A DNA stretch of 63,819 bases, counting the filler, from Pelomyxa schiedti (lineage: Eukaryota; Protista; Evosea), in NCBI GenBank assembly GCA_020536535.1. It is 7 parts of 7 records of this genome, joined end to end, with 100 filler letters (N's around TTAATTAATTAA, not from the genome) between each part and the next. Parts side by side here need not be neighbours in the genome. Positions count along the whole stretch, not along the records: positions 35,099 to 37,870 come from JAHLWZ010001893.1; positions 37,971 to 41,151 come from JAHLWZ010001808.1; positions 41,252 to 46,205 come from JAHLWZ010001542.1; positions 46,306 to 63,819 come from JAHLWZ010000024.1; 3 more parts are not named here. One strand, written 5' to 3'. The notes beneath the pieces were generated by a model, which searched no databases, had not been told where the DNA came from, and saw nothing but the letters and a program-made list of their open reading frames with translations. Both the position numbers and the translations under genes were made by a program. This document shows, piece by piece, positions 35,986 to 47,482 of the stretch (position 1 is the stretch's first letter; every line of letters begins with the position of its first letter).

Positions 35986-37314
35986 TCAGAACCAAGAAGA
36001 AACATCCAAAGATGATGAAACATTGAAAGACAGAGACAGCACAACGAAGCCAGAAGCAGCCTCAATCAATTGGAGTGTTTTCCCCGATGTGATGAACATG
36101 AACCCAGGAACACAGCAAGCAACGCAGCCCTGCTCCTCGAATTCCATTGTCCTCACTGGTCCTGTGGTGTTTCCAGCATCCCACAACTCAACTGTGTGCA
36201 TGCGAGTTGCCTCACAGTAGAATTGAAGGCAGAACAGAGAGCAATCCACCTGTAGCATCGAGCACTTTCCCCTGTGAGTCACACGAATCACCCTCCACTT
36301 CCCACTTGGCATCTCCACATGCACCACAACATTTCCCCGCAAGCAGATGACCGCCACGTCATCACCACCACCAGTCCCAGTGTAATTGTAGCTCTTCTTC
36401 TTCCTCAAATGAAGTGCCTCTGGAGGAAGTGTCAGCCCCCCGAACAGAACAATACCCTCTTCAACCTTTGTATCTTCCCGTGGGACCCTGGTCTCGCTCA
36501 CAACAGCGAGGCTCTTGGACGCCACTGTCCTCTCCACGTCCATCAGTGCGACAATGATCACCGAGTCGTCAGGCCCGCACGCAAGGAGTAGTGCCTCGCT
36601 CGGGAAGCACTTTGACACCACGATGGTCTCGACGGCCCACGGCAGCCTCACCCTCGTGGCCGTCGCGCTGGGGTCGGGTGCCTCCAGGTCGATGGCCATC
36701 ATCACGGACCTGTCGTCGGTGCCGAGGGGCATCATCCACCTGCCGTGCGCCGCGTAGCTCGCGAACGCGTCCCATTCGCTCTTCTTCATGACCAGCCTCT
36801 CGGACCCAATCTCGTCGGACGTCGGAGCCTGGCAATGGACCTCGCACGGCGGGGCGTTGTGCGCAACCACGAACAGGTCGCGGCTGGGGTGTCTGTGCGT
36901 GAGCGCCGTGTTCTCGGAGATCGCGATCTCGCCCGGGCGGGGCCTCGGCGCTGCCGCCACCACGGGGCCCTCTGTGACGCCCAGAAGCACCGGCGATACG
37001 CTCAACGCGATCAGGTTGGCGGTGCTTGTGAACAGCCAGCCTGTTGAGCTCAGCACGCGGAGGCTCCGTGCGCCGCCGCCGCCGCCGCCTGCGCCCAAGC
37101 CACCGGTCCCGCCGCCGGCGCGGCAGCGGCAACGGCGGCGGCAGCAGCAGGCGTCGCGGACGGCGACGGCGGCGTACGGGTCGCGGAGCCACAGGCAGCG
37201 CGCGGGGCTGGCTGCGCCGCACCGAGGGTGGCTCGCGCTCGCGAACGCAATGAGTTGTTGACGTGCGTGCAGAGCCACAATGGATGTAAACGTGCTCGTG
37301 CTGCTGTACGCCAT
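35986..37314 (-). CDS. Lineage-specific expanded-family protein (ARQQLIAF..SHPRCGAASPAR N-terminus), intronless
   Basis: 442-aa ORF with shared family motifs LSVSPVLLGV, MDVERT and LIEAASGFVVLSL. Confidence 0.75.
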   Translation of the reverse strand: MAYSSTSTFTSIVALHARQQLIAFASASHPRCGAASPARCLWLRDPYAAVAVRDACCCRRRCRCRAGGGTGGLGAGGGGGGARSLRVLSSTGWLFTSTANLIALSVSPVLLGVTEGPVVAAAPRPRPGEIAISENTALTHRHPSRDLFVVAHNAPPCEVHCQAPTSDEIGSERLVMKKSEWDAFASYAAHGRWMMPLGTDDRSVMMAIDLEAPDPSATATRVRLPWAVETIVVSKCFPSEALLLACGPDDSVIIVALMDVERTVASKSLAVVSETRVPREDTKVEEGIVLFGGLTLPPEALHLRKKKSYNYTGTGGGDDVAVICLRGNVVVHVEMPSGKWRVIRVTHRGKCSMLQVDCSLFCLQFYCEATRMHTVELWDAGNTTGPVRTMEFEEQGCVACCVPGFMFITSGKTLQLIEAASGFVVLSLSFNVSSSLDVSSWF

Positions 37315-37361
37315 CTCTTGTGATCAAAAAGTTCTGATACTGAACTTATTTTCGTATACTG

Positions 37362-37396
37362 GAACGCTGTCATTTTCGTTATCGTCGCTCAGGATC
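37362..37396. promoter_or_regulatory. Conserved ~36-bp upstream motif, copy 2
   Basis: GAACGCTGTCATTTTCGTTATCGTCGCTCAGGATC, 48 bp upstream of the ATG at 37314. Confidence 0.45.
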
Positions 37397-37567
37397 GGTC
37401 TGGTGTTTTTTCTTCAGCCAACTCACCTTTGGCTGCCAACAAACAAGACACATGGCAGACGTTCACTTGATCTATGTCCAGAACCAGAAGGTTCCCCCTC
37501 ACACATAAAGTTCCATTCTGGTAAGCAGACAAAATAAACGGCACAACTGGTTGGTTGTGCAACAAAT

Positions 37568-37870
37568 ATGACCACGGATTGCTACGATGACGTTGGTGTG
37601 AAAGTGGACCCCCGATGGCCATCTCAATTGCTCTCGTTTTCTGCTGACCATCAGCCACCTGGCTTCGAAAAAAACTGGGATCTCAAGAGGAGGCGATGTG
37701 ACGAGAGGATGCTCGTCATCGCGTCGATACTCGGGAGCCCCGACGACAAAACCCTCACGATGATGCCCAATCCAGACAGCATGAGGGTGTATTTGCCGGA
37801 AACTATAAGGAAGAGGAAGTGGGAGGACTACACCGCACTCATGGGAAAGCACTGGTCGTCGTGGTACGCA
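37568..37870 (+). CDS. Hypothetical protein, 3'-truncated
   Basis: ATG-initiated ORF, open to the contig end. Confidence 0.45.
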
Positions 37871-37970
37871 NNNNNNNNNNNNNNNNNNNNNNNNNNNNNN
37901 NNNNNNNNNNNNNNTTAATTAATTAANNNNNNNNNNNNNNNNNNNNNNNNNNNNNNNNNNNNNNNNNNNN

Positions 37971-39090
37971 AGTCGGGTCCAGTCTCTCGTTCCATACCAC
38001 CAATTTGGAGTCGAATAACACGTGGATTCGTCGCGTGGGGAGTACTCCTGACTACTACTTCAGGTCTGTCACCAGGGTGGACGTGTTCATTGGTCTGAGT
38101 GCCACAATGGGAGTAGTGTGGTGCAAGTGCTGGACAACGAGTGAAGCACCACCTGCAGTGGGCAACGGGTGGGCTGTGAAGAGATCATTGGGTGGGGGTG
38201 GTGGCGGCGATGGAATGGGAAGGTTCCTGGTTACAAATTTATCGTGTACGGCACATGGCTGTGTGGTTGTGATTGAACGGCAGACAATTCAACAAGGGAA
38301 AGCTGCTGTGGTACCACTGGTGCACCCACGAGAAGAGAGCTTCGTGTATGGATACTGGGTGGACAACCACAAGTGGCTGGTGGTTGCTGTCAATCCCTAC
38401 TGGGAAACACTCACTGAAGTTGTTGTGTGGAAGATCGACGAGGTGACTCCTTCTGTGAGAGCAGTTGGCATTTGTTTGAAATTCCCTGTGCCGGTTGCTG
38501 TGACTGGTGCAACATTCTCCCCTTTCAATCCTGGTGGTGATGAGCTTGTTGTCATGGGGGCTTCGTTTGAAGGCGATGGAAGTGGATGCCATCTTTATTA
38601 TGTAGACCTCAAGAAGAGTGTGGAATCTGGAACAACAGCAGTTGTCACCCATGCACTTGCACTTCCAGAACCTGCGTCTGACTTGCTTTGGGCTGCACCT
38701 GACACAATTCTCACAATGGGTTCTATTAGTTGTGGGATCAAGGTGTACAACACAAAGACGAGGGAGCAGGAGGGGGTATTCCCTTATTCAACCTATCAGA
38801 ATCTGGAATGCATTCCACCCGCACACTTTTCTTTGATGGTCAGAGACCCACAAAGGAGCACAGTGAGAGAGGTCTACAGCACTTCAGACACAAGGCACCC
38901 ATTGTGCAAAATTGAGCGCAGGGAATTGGACACAGACTGGTGTGTCCATTCCACTGACCCAGGAATCTATGCTCTCCTGCAAAGATGTCCAGCGTGTTCA
39001 GAAGGCCAGCACAGGACACAACTACAACTGTCAGTCCATGATGCAATAACAGGCCAATCAATTGCCATTGTGACTCTTACACCCATGTGA
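37971..39090 (+). CDS. Lineage-specific expanded-family protein, 5'-partial
   Basis: Motifs GLSATMGVV, NHKWLV, VDLKKSV, SVHDAITG. Confidence 0.7.
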
Positions 39091-39276
39091 AGTGGAAAGA
39101 ACGGGTGTTCATCATCCACCCCAGAGTCGTGAAAAAATCCTTGACTTGATTTTGATTTTGGATTCATTTGAACAACGTGATGAGGGAAATGTGTAGACGA
39201 TGGTGGTGCTGCAGACGAGACGTCGTAGGTTATCGTCGTGACAAGTTGAAAAAGGGAATGGTGATGGGACAATTTT

Positions 39277-40587
39277 TCAGAACCGAAAGTGGGAGGGAGT
39301 AAATGGCACAGTGAAGTCGCCAACATGGAATCCTGTTGAGCAATCATGCACCGCGAACTTGATCTCAGTGACACTGCTGTCAGTCTCTGAACTGTGCTGT
39401 GTTGTGGACACAATCAGGTGTGACTGAACCCCACTGATGGAAGGAGCTGCCCAGGTGCAAGGAACACTGAGTGTAGGTGCAGGTGTTGGAGAGGCCATCG
39501 ATGGAAGGCTTCCTCCGTTGTGGAAAATCTCAAACTTGGGAGCATCTTTACTCTTAACGAAGATGTGGCTGGTCCCAATTGGAATTACAGTTGCATCCAC
39601 TGGGAATTGAACATCACCAGTGGCATTGAGAGATGGGTCATCATGCAAAGTGCACACGGAACCATCAGTTATACAAGCGATGCAGCACGGTCTAGCTCTG
39701 CAGAGTGCCTTCCTTGTCACAACCAGCTTCCCTTCGTTTACACTGGCTTGCAAGTCACAAAATTTCACAGAGACTCCAGAGCCTCCTCCTGTCTCACACG
39801 AATCATGAAACACCAGAAAAACATCATCACTGAATGATGAAAAGCGAGCACAGGCGATGCACCCAACCTGAAGCCCGTCAAAATGCCAGTCAGCTATCCC
39901 TGATGATGACGACGACGATGCATCACCAAGTGCAACTCCAGCAGCAACCTGCCACACATACAAGCTCCCATTGTGGATCCCCACAATCCACTTCCTATTG
40001 CAATACAATGGATGGCATGGGGTAACGAAAAGTGATGAAACTGGCTTCAGTGCCTCCCCGTCACCACCCACTTCTTCAATGACATATTCATTCAGAGATT
40101 CATCCCTGATGAAGCGCGACTGACGCAGTATCATCCCGTTGTTGTTTCCCACAGAGTCACACACGAAACCAGGGGTGTGGAACCAAGAGTGCCTGACGAT
40201 CCCCAGGGTCGGCGACACACTCACAAACAAGTAGTGATCACTGATTGGGAGCCTGAACACAGCCTCTTCACAAGGCCTGAGGACCCATTCCTCAGCCCAC
40301 GCCCTGAACACGGCTGTGGACTGTATCCACTTCGCCATCGACGACGGAGGTGGTGGTGACTTGGGACACTCCAATTCTTCTGTGTCATCACCGCCACAAA
40401 TTTCGCTGCTGAAACCCCTTCTTATTTCAGTGACTGGTGCGCAAATTATTGCCATCACCTGTGATTTTGCTGTGGTCGTTGTTGTCGCCGTCGCCAACGC
40501 CGTCGTTGTTGTAGTTTTTGGTTTTCTTTCTTGTGAGCTCGGTTGTTGTCGCTGTTGTTGCTGTTCAGACGACTCGTTGTGTCCCAT
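39277..40587 (-). CDS. Lineage-specific expanded-family protein, intronless
   Basis: TAKSQVMAI, WAEEWVLRP, VSVSPTLGIV, CNRKWIV, CDLQASV, AVHDCSTG. Confidence 0.72.
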   Translation of the reverse strand: MGHNESSEQQQQRQQPSSQERKPKTTTTTALATATTTTTAKSQVMAIICAPVTEIRRGFSSEICGGDDTEELECPKSPPPPSSMAKWIQSTAVFRAWAEEWVLRPCEEAVFRLPISDHYLFVSVSPTLGIVRHSWFHTPGFVCDSVGNNNGMILRQSRFIRDESLNEYVIEEVGGDGEALKPVSSLFVTPCHPLYCNRKWIVGIHNGSLYVWQVAAGVALGDASSSSSSGIADWHFDGLQVGCIACARFSSFSDDVFLVFHDSCETGGGSGVSVKFCDLQASVNEGKLVVTRKALCRARPCCIACITDGSVCTLHDDPSLNATGDVQFPVDATVIPIGTSHIFVKSKDAPKFEIFHNGGSLPSMASPTPAPTLSVPCTWAAPSISGVQSHLIVSTTQHSSETDSSVTEIKFAVHDCSTGFHVGDFTVPFTPSHFRF

Positions 40588-40699
40588 TGTGTGTTGCACT
40601 GTTTTTTGTTTTTCTCTGAATTCAACGAAGATGATGAAGGGACATCGACTCTCGTCGAGAGTGCGCAAATGTGGTCACGTTGTAGTAGTGCGCTCGCCA

Positions 40700-40965
40700 T
40701 TTAAAAATTTTTTCTGGGAGGGATCAAAGGGCACAGAGAAGTCACCAACATGGAACCCTGTTGAGCAATCATGCACCGCGAACTTGATCTGTCACCACAG
40801 TGGGATTTTTGACAACAACAACGGTTTGGGTGGTGGTGCCTGTTGTTGTTGCATTCTTGTTGGGTATCTGAACAACAGTCATCCTCTTGGTGTTGTGAAA
40901 CAACAACAACCATTTCCCGTTGGTGGCATGCCAGATAGCCAACAGCTTCAGATCGAGCAGGCTGA
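40700..40965 (-). pseudogene. Orphan 3' fragment of a paralogue of 39277-40587
   Basis: 40727-40790 matches 39304-39365 (IKFAVHDCSTGFHVGDF). No upstream body; it abuts a (CAT/CAC)n tract. Confidence 0.55.
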
Positions 40966-41251
40966 TTGATCATCACCATCGTCTTCATCATCATCACCAC
41001 CATCAAGATCATCATCACACCCTGAAGTCAAATAGACTTACCCTAAAAATCATTAATCAGCGTTTTCTCATCCATCTGGCAGAAATCGGCTTCACGCAAC
41101 AGCTTTTGATAAATCGAAAGCTGGCGATAAAACAAAAGTTTCCGTTCTGGANNNNNNNNNNNNNNNNNNNNNNNNNNNNNNNNNNNNNNNNNNNNTTAAT
41201 TAATTAANNNNNNNNNNNNNNNNNNNNNNNNNNNNNNNNNNNNNNNNNNNN

Positions 41252-43076
41252 CGTGAACTGTGCCTCATCCCTGGAAACCACTTACACGTGAGTGAGTGTG
41301 CGCGTCTCTCGTGTATGTGTTGCGGGCAGGTTGATTTTGAATTGTGGGTTTTCCATGTGGCGGGGCGATAAGTACCTTATTAATAATAATAAGCCAATCC
41401 TTTTGGAGATTTATTCGTTCTGCTCGTCGCAATTTAAGTCTGTAATGTAATTATATTTTATTTTATTAACTCAATAAAATAAACATTTTTCCCCCATGTG
41501 TTAACTGTGCAACTACGATAGATCATAAGGGAGTATGATAAGGGGTGGACCTATGGAAAAGTCTATGGGTTCTTTCCAAGTTCCTTTGTAAAAAAACAAG
41601 CCGCTGTGAATCACAGCTGTGCCAGGAAGTCGGAGTCCAGCAATTCCTTTCCCTCCGAAAACCCTGACAAAGTGGGTTCGTACAAACAACTTTCTGCGTC
41701 TCGATTATTCACACAATTGGAAAGTTTCTTTACAAGGCAGTCACTCTTTATAACTACCAGTCCCGGGGACCCAGTCAACTTTCGTTCACGGCCGGGATGG
41801 AATTGTATGTTCTGAAGCACCTGGAGCGGGTAAGTGAATTTACATTAATCATTTAATAGTCCCCTTTGTACCACTCACTTTTTAATTCAGGGATGGGACC
41901 TTGCCTGGTTGGATGGCACACCCGGTGTCATACCATCCAAATATGCCAAGGAAGTCACAGCGGAAACCCTTTCACACTCACCCGCTCAGACTGCCTCTCT
42001 TCAAGTTCAAACTCTTCCCGTTTCTGCTGTTGCAACAGGTTGTTGAACAACGTATTTCGAATATAAACTTACGCTTCTGACAGACAATGTTGCTGAAACA
42101 ACAAGCTTGAGCTCATTTGACAAGTCATTGGAATGTTCCATTTGCCTCAATCCCCTCAAAGAACCCGTTGAACACCCACAATGCGGAAACATGTTCTGCA
42201 AATCCTGTGCCTCCAACTTGCCAGTATGTAATCTTTATTATTTTCCTTCGATGTATGTTCGAAACTAACTGTCCAAAAAAAGGGAGGAGTTTGCCCGCTG
42301 TGCAGAGAGCACCTCACAACCAGGCCCGTTGTGAACAAGTTTGTGCTTAACAGCGTTGCCAATATCCTGGTCCCGTGCCCACTGTGCCAAAAGCAAGTCA
42401 GACAGTATGGTTTTTCCCCTCTTCTTTTCCCAAACTAAACCTACGAAGAGGCGACTTCATTGAACACACTTCAAAATGTCCTGTCGGTTCTCTTCACTCT
42501 CCAATTCAGAAATAAAAATATTAATAATATAATATTATGAACCCGCAACCCGCTATAATCCTCCCACAGAATGCCCCAATCACTGTGGTCAACGAATACC
42601 CCCGGACCAGCTTGCCGAGCACTTCCCAGTGTGCACGGCCGTGATTGTTACATGCCCGGCAGCCAATGTCAAGTGCCCTTGGACTGGACCCAGGCTGCAC
42701 CTTTCTGAGCACACAGCTTCCTGTCATTACTTGGCTCTTGAGTCATTCCTAATGAAACTCTTGACTGAAAATGCCGCTCTGAGGGCCAAGTTGAAAGAGG
42801 GCGAGGTAAGAGATATATTCATCTCAAAGCTACACACAATTCTTCTATTCTTCTTTTTGATTGATTCGCAGGATGCAGAAGACTTTCCAGGATGGTTCGC
42901 TGTTCCAGATGAAGGTAGCCTTCATATTATCCGGAAATAACAATTCACACCATTACGTACCAGATTCTCAGTCTTCAGAGGCACCAGCACCACCAGGTGA
43001 TGCTGATACTCCGGAGTTACAACCACCACAGCAACCCGGAAGTGATGAAGATAACGGGGATTGCCTTATCTCGTGA
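41252..43076 (+). CDS. SH3-SH3-RING-TRAF-type zinc finger protein ending in CaaX (5'-partial)
   Basis: SH3a ELCLIPGNHLH|IIREYDKGWTYG..GFFPSSFV. SH3b AVTLYNYQSRGPSQLSFTAG..|GWD..GVIPSKYA. RING CSICLNPLKEPVEHPQCGNMFCKSC..CPLC. TRAF ZnF CPNHCG..EHFPVC. C-terminus CLIS. Confidence 0.85.
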
Positions 43077-43121
43077 TGTAATACATTATGATGAAATAAT
43101 AAAAGTGAAAAGTACAGCTTT

Positions 43122-44164
43122 TTATGGTGACACAAGGTAAACTTCATATTCGGTGAGAGTGAAGGGGTGAGAGCCACCCATCCACCAGTCAACATCAACT
43201 GTTTCTCGAATTGGCTCGAATGCCTGCAGAGAATGAGGATTAATTCGATTTTCCAATCAACAAACCTTTGGAACAGGATTTGGAAGACGATATGAACAAA
43301 ATAGTTTACAGTAAGCAGTGGAGTGTGTGAAACAGTCCATGGGAAACCACAGGTCATGGCCAGAACCAGAGGATCCAAACAGTGGGCCATGGCTGATTTA
43401 AAATTAGGGAGAGTATTGAGTAGCTGAAAAACAAACTCAAAGCGGGAATAAGTGCCGTGAGTCCTATCAAAAATAGGAAACTTGACAAGTCCTTCTGGAT
43501 ACTCGGTGCCTACATATGAAGTCAAAAAAGCACAAATAATTACGGAACTTGCCGGGTCTTTTCCAAGAGAACAGAAAATTGGTGCCTGTTGTGTCTGGTA
43601 CCCAACCTTGAACAGTCCCATCCCAATCCTGAGCAGTATATGCCCCAAAAACAAACCCGTTGCTTGACTATATGAGGTGTGGTCACAATATTAAACAAAA
43701 AAAAATGATGTTTCGTATGTATTTACAGAGTACAAAGTTAAAAGTATTGCTTTAAATTGAGAAAACAAAATAAATAAATACATAATATAAACAGAGCACT
43801 CTCTGTCTGTATTATCACCTCACGTCACGTCACCCCTCACCTTTGCAATGAGGAGTGTTGGGCCCCTGCAGTCACAGGCACCATGGAACCTCCTTGCATG
43901 GTCATCTGTTGTGTTCCTGAATATCCTCCTGCCCACATTGAGCGGCCCCAGTGCCTCAACCAATGACCCCTCCAACAACCCCGTTGCTGTCGTTGCTGCC
44001 GGTTGTTGTTCACTCTTCTGCGTGTATCAGTATTGTTATTATGTTATTATGGGTCGCTGGGTCTTGGCTTCGGGTGCAACAACTGGTGGTTTTTGTTCGA
44101 ACTGAAAACTACTACTAAAGTGAGTGATGGGTGCACACACCGTGCACGCTGTCGTGGCTGCCAT
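43122..44164 (-). CDS. TLDc-domain protein A
   Basis: FHGACDCRGPTLLIAK, GFVFGAY, FLFSW, HGPLFG..HDL, FTLTEYEVY. Confidence 0.85.
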
Positions 44165-44322
44165 AAAAACTTTTCCTTTGTCTAACCAACTAAGTTGGAT
44201 TCAGAATCANNNNNNNNNNNNNNNNNNNNNNNNNNNNNNNNNNNNNNNNNNNNNNNNNNNNNNNNNNNNNNNNNNNNNNNNNNNNNNNNNNNNNNNNNNN
44301 NNNNNNNNNCTACAAACAAGTT

Positions 44323-45242
44323 TTATGGTGACACGAGGTAGACCTCATATTCTGTGAGAGTGAATGGTTTAGAGCCGCCGAGCCAACAGTCAACTTCAAG
44401 TGTTTCTCGCACTGGATTGAATGCCTGCGGAGGTAACATTGAATGTAGTTGAGTTCTTTTGGGAAGAAGGGCAAACAAACAAACCTCTGGAACAGGATTT
44501 GGAAGACCGTATGAACCAAATAGGGTAGAAGAAGCAGTGGGCTTTGTGAAACAGGTCTCGGGAAACCACAGGTCATGTCCTTGTCCAAACAGTGGGCCGT
44601 GGCTGATTAATAATGAGGGGCAGAATTGAGTGGTGGGAAAACAAACTCATAGCGGCAATAAGTGCAGTGAGGTTTATCAAATATAGGAAACTTGACAAGT
44701 CCTTCTGGATATGCAGTACCTACATACGAAGTCAGCCAAGACAACAAATAATGATGGAACTTGCCAGGTCTTTTCCAAGAGAACAGAAAATTGGTGCCTG
44801 TTGGGTCTGAAACCCAAGTTTGAACACTTCCATCCCAATCCTGAGCATTATATCCCCCGAATATAAACCCATTGCATGACTTGATGGTGTGGTCATTAAT
44901 ATTATATGTTATATTAAATTAAATCAAGACTAGTAAATCTGAATGAAAGGTACCTTTGCAATGACTAGTGTTGAGCCCCTCCTGTCACAGGCACCATGAA
45001 ACCTCTTACCATGAACATCTGTTGTGTTCCTGAATATCCTCTTGCCCACATTCAGCCCCAGTGCCTCAACCAATGACCCCTCCAACAATGGTGTTGGTTG
45101 TTCACTCCTCTGTGTGTAAATTATGGGTTGTTGTCTGCATAGCAGGAACCGAACAGAAACAACAGAAGATTGTGCAGTTGTTGCAGGTAGAACAACAAAA
45201 GTGAGTTATGGGACACACCGCGCACTCCGTAGTGGCTGCCAT
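44323..45242 (-). CDS. TLDc-domain protein B (tandem paralogue)
   Basis: Same exon structure and motifs as A. Confidence 0.82.
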
Positions 45243-45425
45243 CACCCGTGATTGTTTTGATTGATCGACGAAACCAATAAATTTCTCTCCTTTTTCAGTT
45301 ATTTTGTGAGTGGCAGAAAATGCTCTGATCGTGACTCCTTATTATCAAGTTCAAGTTATTTTCCTCCTGGTTATATTAGGCCCCCAGGTTTCCATTCCAT
45401 TGCGTGTTTCTGCATCCCATTGACT

Positions 45426-46205
45426 TCAGAGGTTCTTTGATTCCATTATAGTAACTAAATAGACCTCGTATTCCGTGAGGCTGAAATGCAGAGCACCTCC
45501 CAGCCACGTGCTGACCTCCATTGTTGTGCGAATTGAATCAAAGGCCTTGTTGGGAATCAGTATGTGTGACAAAACATATATTATTTTAATTGTTAATTAT
45601 TAGTTCATTATCATTCAACCTCTGGAATTGGGTGAGGAAGCCCGTAAGTGGTAAGAAGAGTCGAATGAACAGCGGGTTGGGAAAAGCAATCATGTCCAAG
45701 ATACAGGTCATGTCCATTCCCAAAGCATGGGCCGTAACTGGGTTTTTGTTATAACCAGAAGAGCCGAGGTACAAACTTGTATTGTGACACTATTGCCCTG
45801 CCCTTGTCACAAGACAGAAGTGGGAACTTCACAAGGCCTTCTTCAAATCCAGTTCCTTATCATCAAATAATGTGAGCATTGAGACTTACGTCGAATGTGG
45901 AAAATATTACCTGGCCTTTTCCAGCTGAAAAGGAAACATGTTTCAGATGGGTCTGCCATGTAGCCACCAACATCGCCATCCCAAGACTGTGAACAGTATC
46001 CACCAAAAACGAATCCAGTACTGGACTGTGCCGTAGTAGTGTTTTTTTTTACAAACGTGAAAAAGCAAAACCAGATGATGTCATTCTCAACAAATACCTT
46101 TGCAATGACAAGTGTTGGGCCCATTTGGTCACATGCTCCATGAAAGTTCCTTGGGTGGTTGTCACTTGTTGCCCTGAAACGCATCTTCCCAACATTTAGT
46201 CCCAG
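45426..46205 (-). CDS. TLDc-domain protein C (5'-partial)
   Basis: FHGACDQMGPTLVIAK, GFVFGGY, FSLTEYEVY. Confidence 0.82.
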
Positions 46206-46305
46206 NNNNNNNNNNNNNNNNNNNNNNNNNNNNNNNNNNNNNNNNNNNNTTAATTAATTAANNNNNNNNNNNNNNNNNNNNNNNNNNNNNNNNNNNNNNN
46301 NNNNN

Positions 46306-47482
46306 CAGGTTGGAATTCAGCGGGAATCAGCGGTAGTAATGTATTCTCAGGTGCGGATGCTTGTGGAGCAATCGGCTCCACCTCAGGAACTGGAATATTA
46401 GCACGCGGTTCACTATTTGTACTTGGCGGATTATTAGTGTTTGGATCACTAGTCGTAGTGGCAGTGTTCTCAGTTGAAGTCTGGGATGGGATGTTAGACT
46501 GTTTACATGGTCTTCCTCGCTTTGGATCCCTTTGCGATATCGGCAGTGCGGGTGCTTTCTGCCTGCGTTGTCTCTGGGAATGATCCTTGCGTTCCCATAC
46601 CTCTAGAACTTCCTTGTCTACTTCATCACGTTGCATCCATTGAGCTTCTGATCGAGCATGACCTTGGAACTTGACTTTGAATTCTTCCCCATGCCGGGTT
46701 ACTCGATGCATCAACACTTGTTCTTGCTTGTACACAATAGGTTGAGATACAACTTCTCTCCGTTGTCCTTCTACATATAACTTCAATCTAGCAACGTGGA
46801 CAGTTTCCTCCATTTGTGAAGGTCCAAAATCTAGTACACGAGTTAATTGAGTTGGAACCTTGATGATTCGGTAGGGTCCATTCCACTTGGGTAGACCTGC
46901 TTTCAGTTGATTTGGTGATGCTTTCAGCATGACCTTGGTACCAACATCCATAGCCTTTGCTAGCTTTGTGACTCTCCTTTTCATTGCCAGATGTTGACGT
47001 TCCTTCTCATGTGCTTGCTTTTCACGAATCACTTCACGAACTCCTTGTCTCTGCTGCAACAATTGCCTCAGATAGCTATTATCTTCTGTGAGGTTAGCTC
47101 CTGTCTCAAAATCAATAGGTAGATTAGCTTCGCGACCATGATCTACAAAGAATGGTGTTTCATTGGTCAATGCCGATACTGTGGTGTTGATATCCATTTC
47201 TATCCAGTGTAGAGATGTATCCCAGTCGCTAGCACGACCAGTACAATACTTTTCCAAGCTGGCCTTAAGGGTTTTGACTGCATTCTCAGCTGCACCATTA
47301 CTTTCCGGGTGCCAGGCAGTGACTACATCCTGCTTGATCTTCCAAGTTCGACAGAATTCAGCATTTACTTTGGCAACGAAGTCTGTACCGCGATCACTGC
47401 GCAGTTGACGCGGACATCCTTGTTTAGTTATCCAAATCTTCTCGATGGCCTTCACGACAGTCGCGGCTGATTGATCATGAAG
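46306..47482 (-). mobile_element. Ty3/Gypsy chromovirus fragment, family A: integrase core, GPY/F motif, chromodomain, Pro-rich tail
   Basis: SDRGTDF, HPESNGAAE, TPF..HGR, KWNGPYRI, chromodomain YKQEQVL..FKVKFQGHARSEAQW. Confidence 0.92.
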
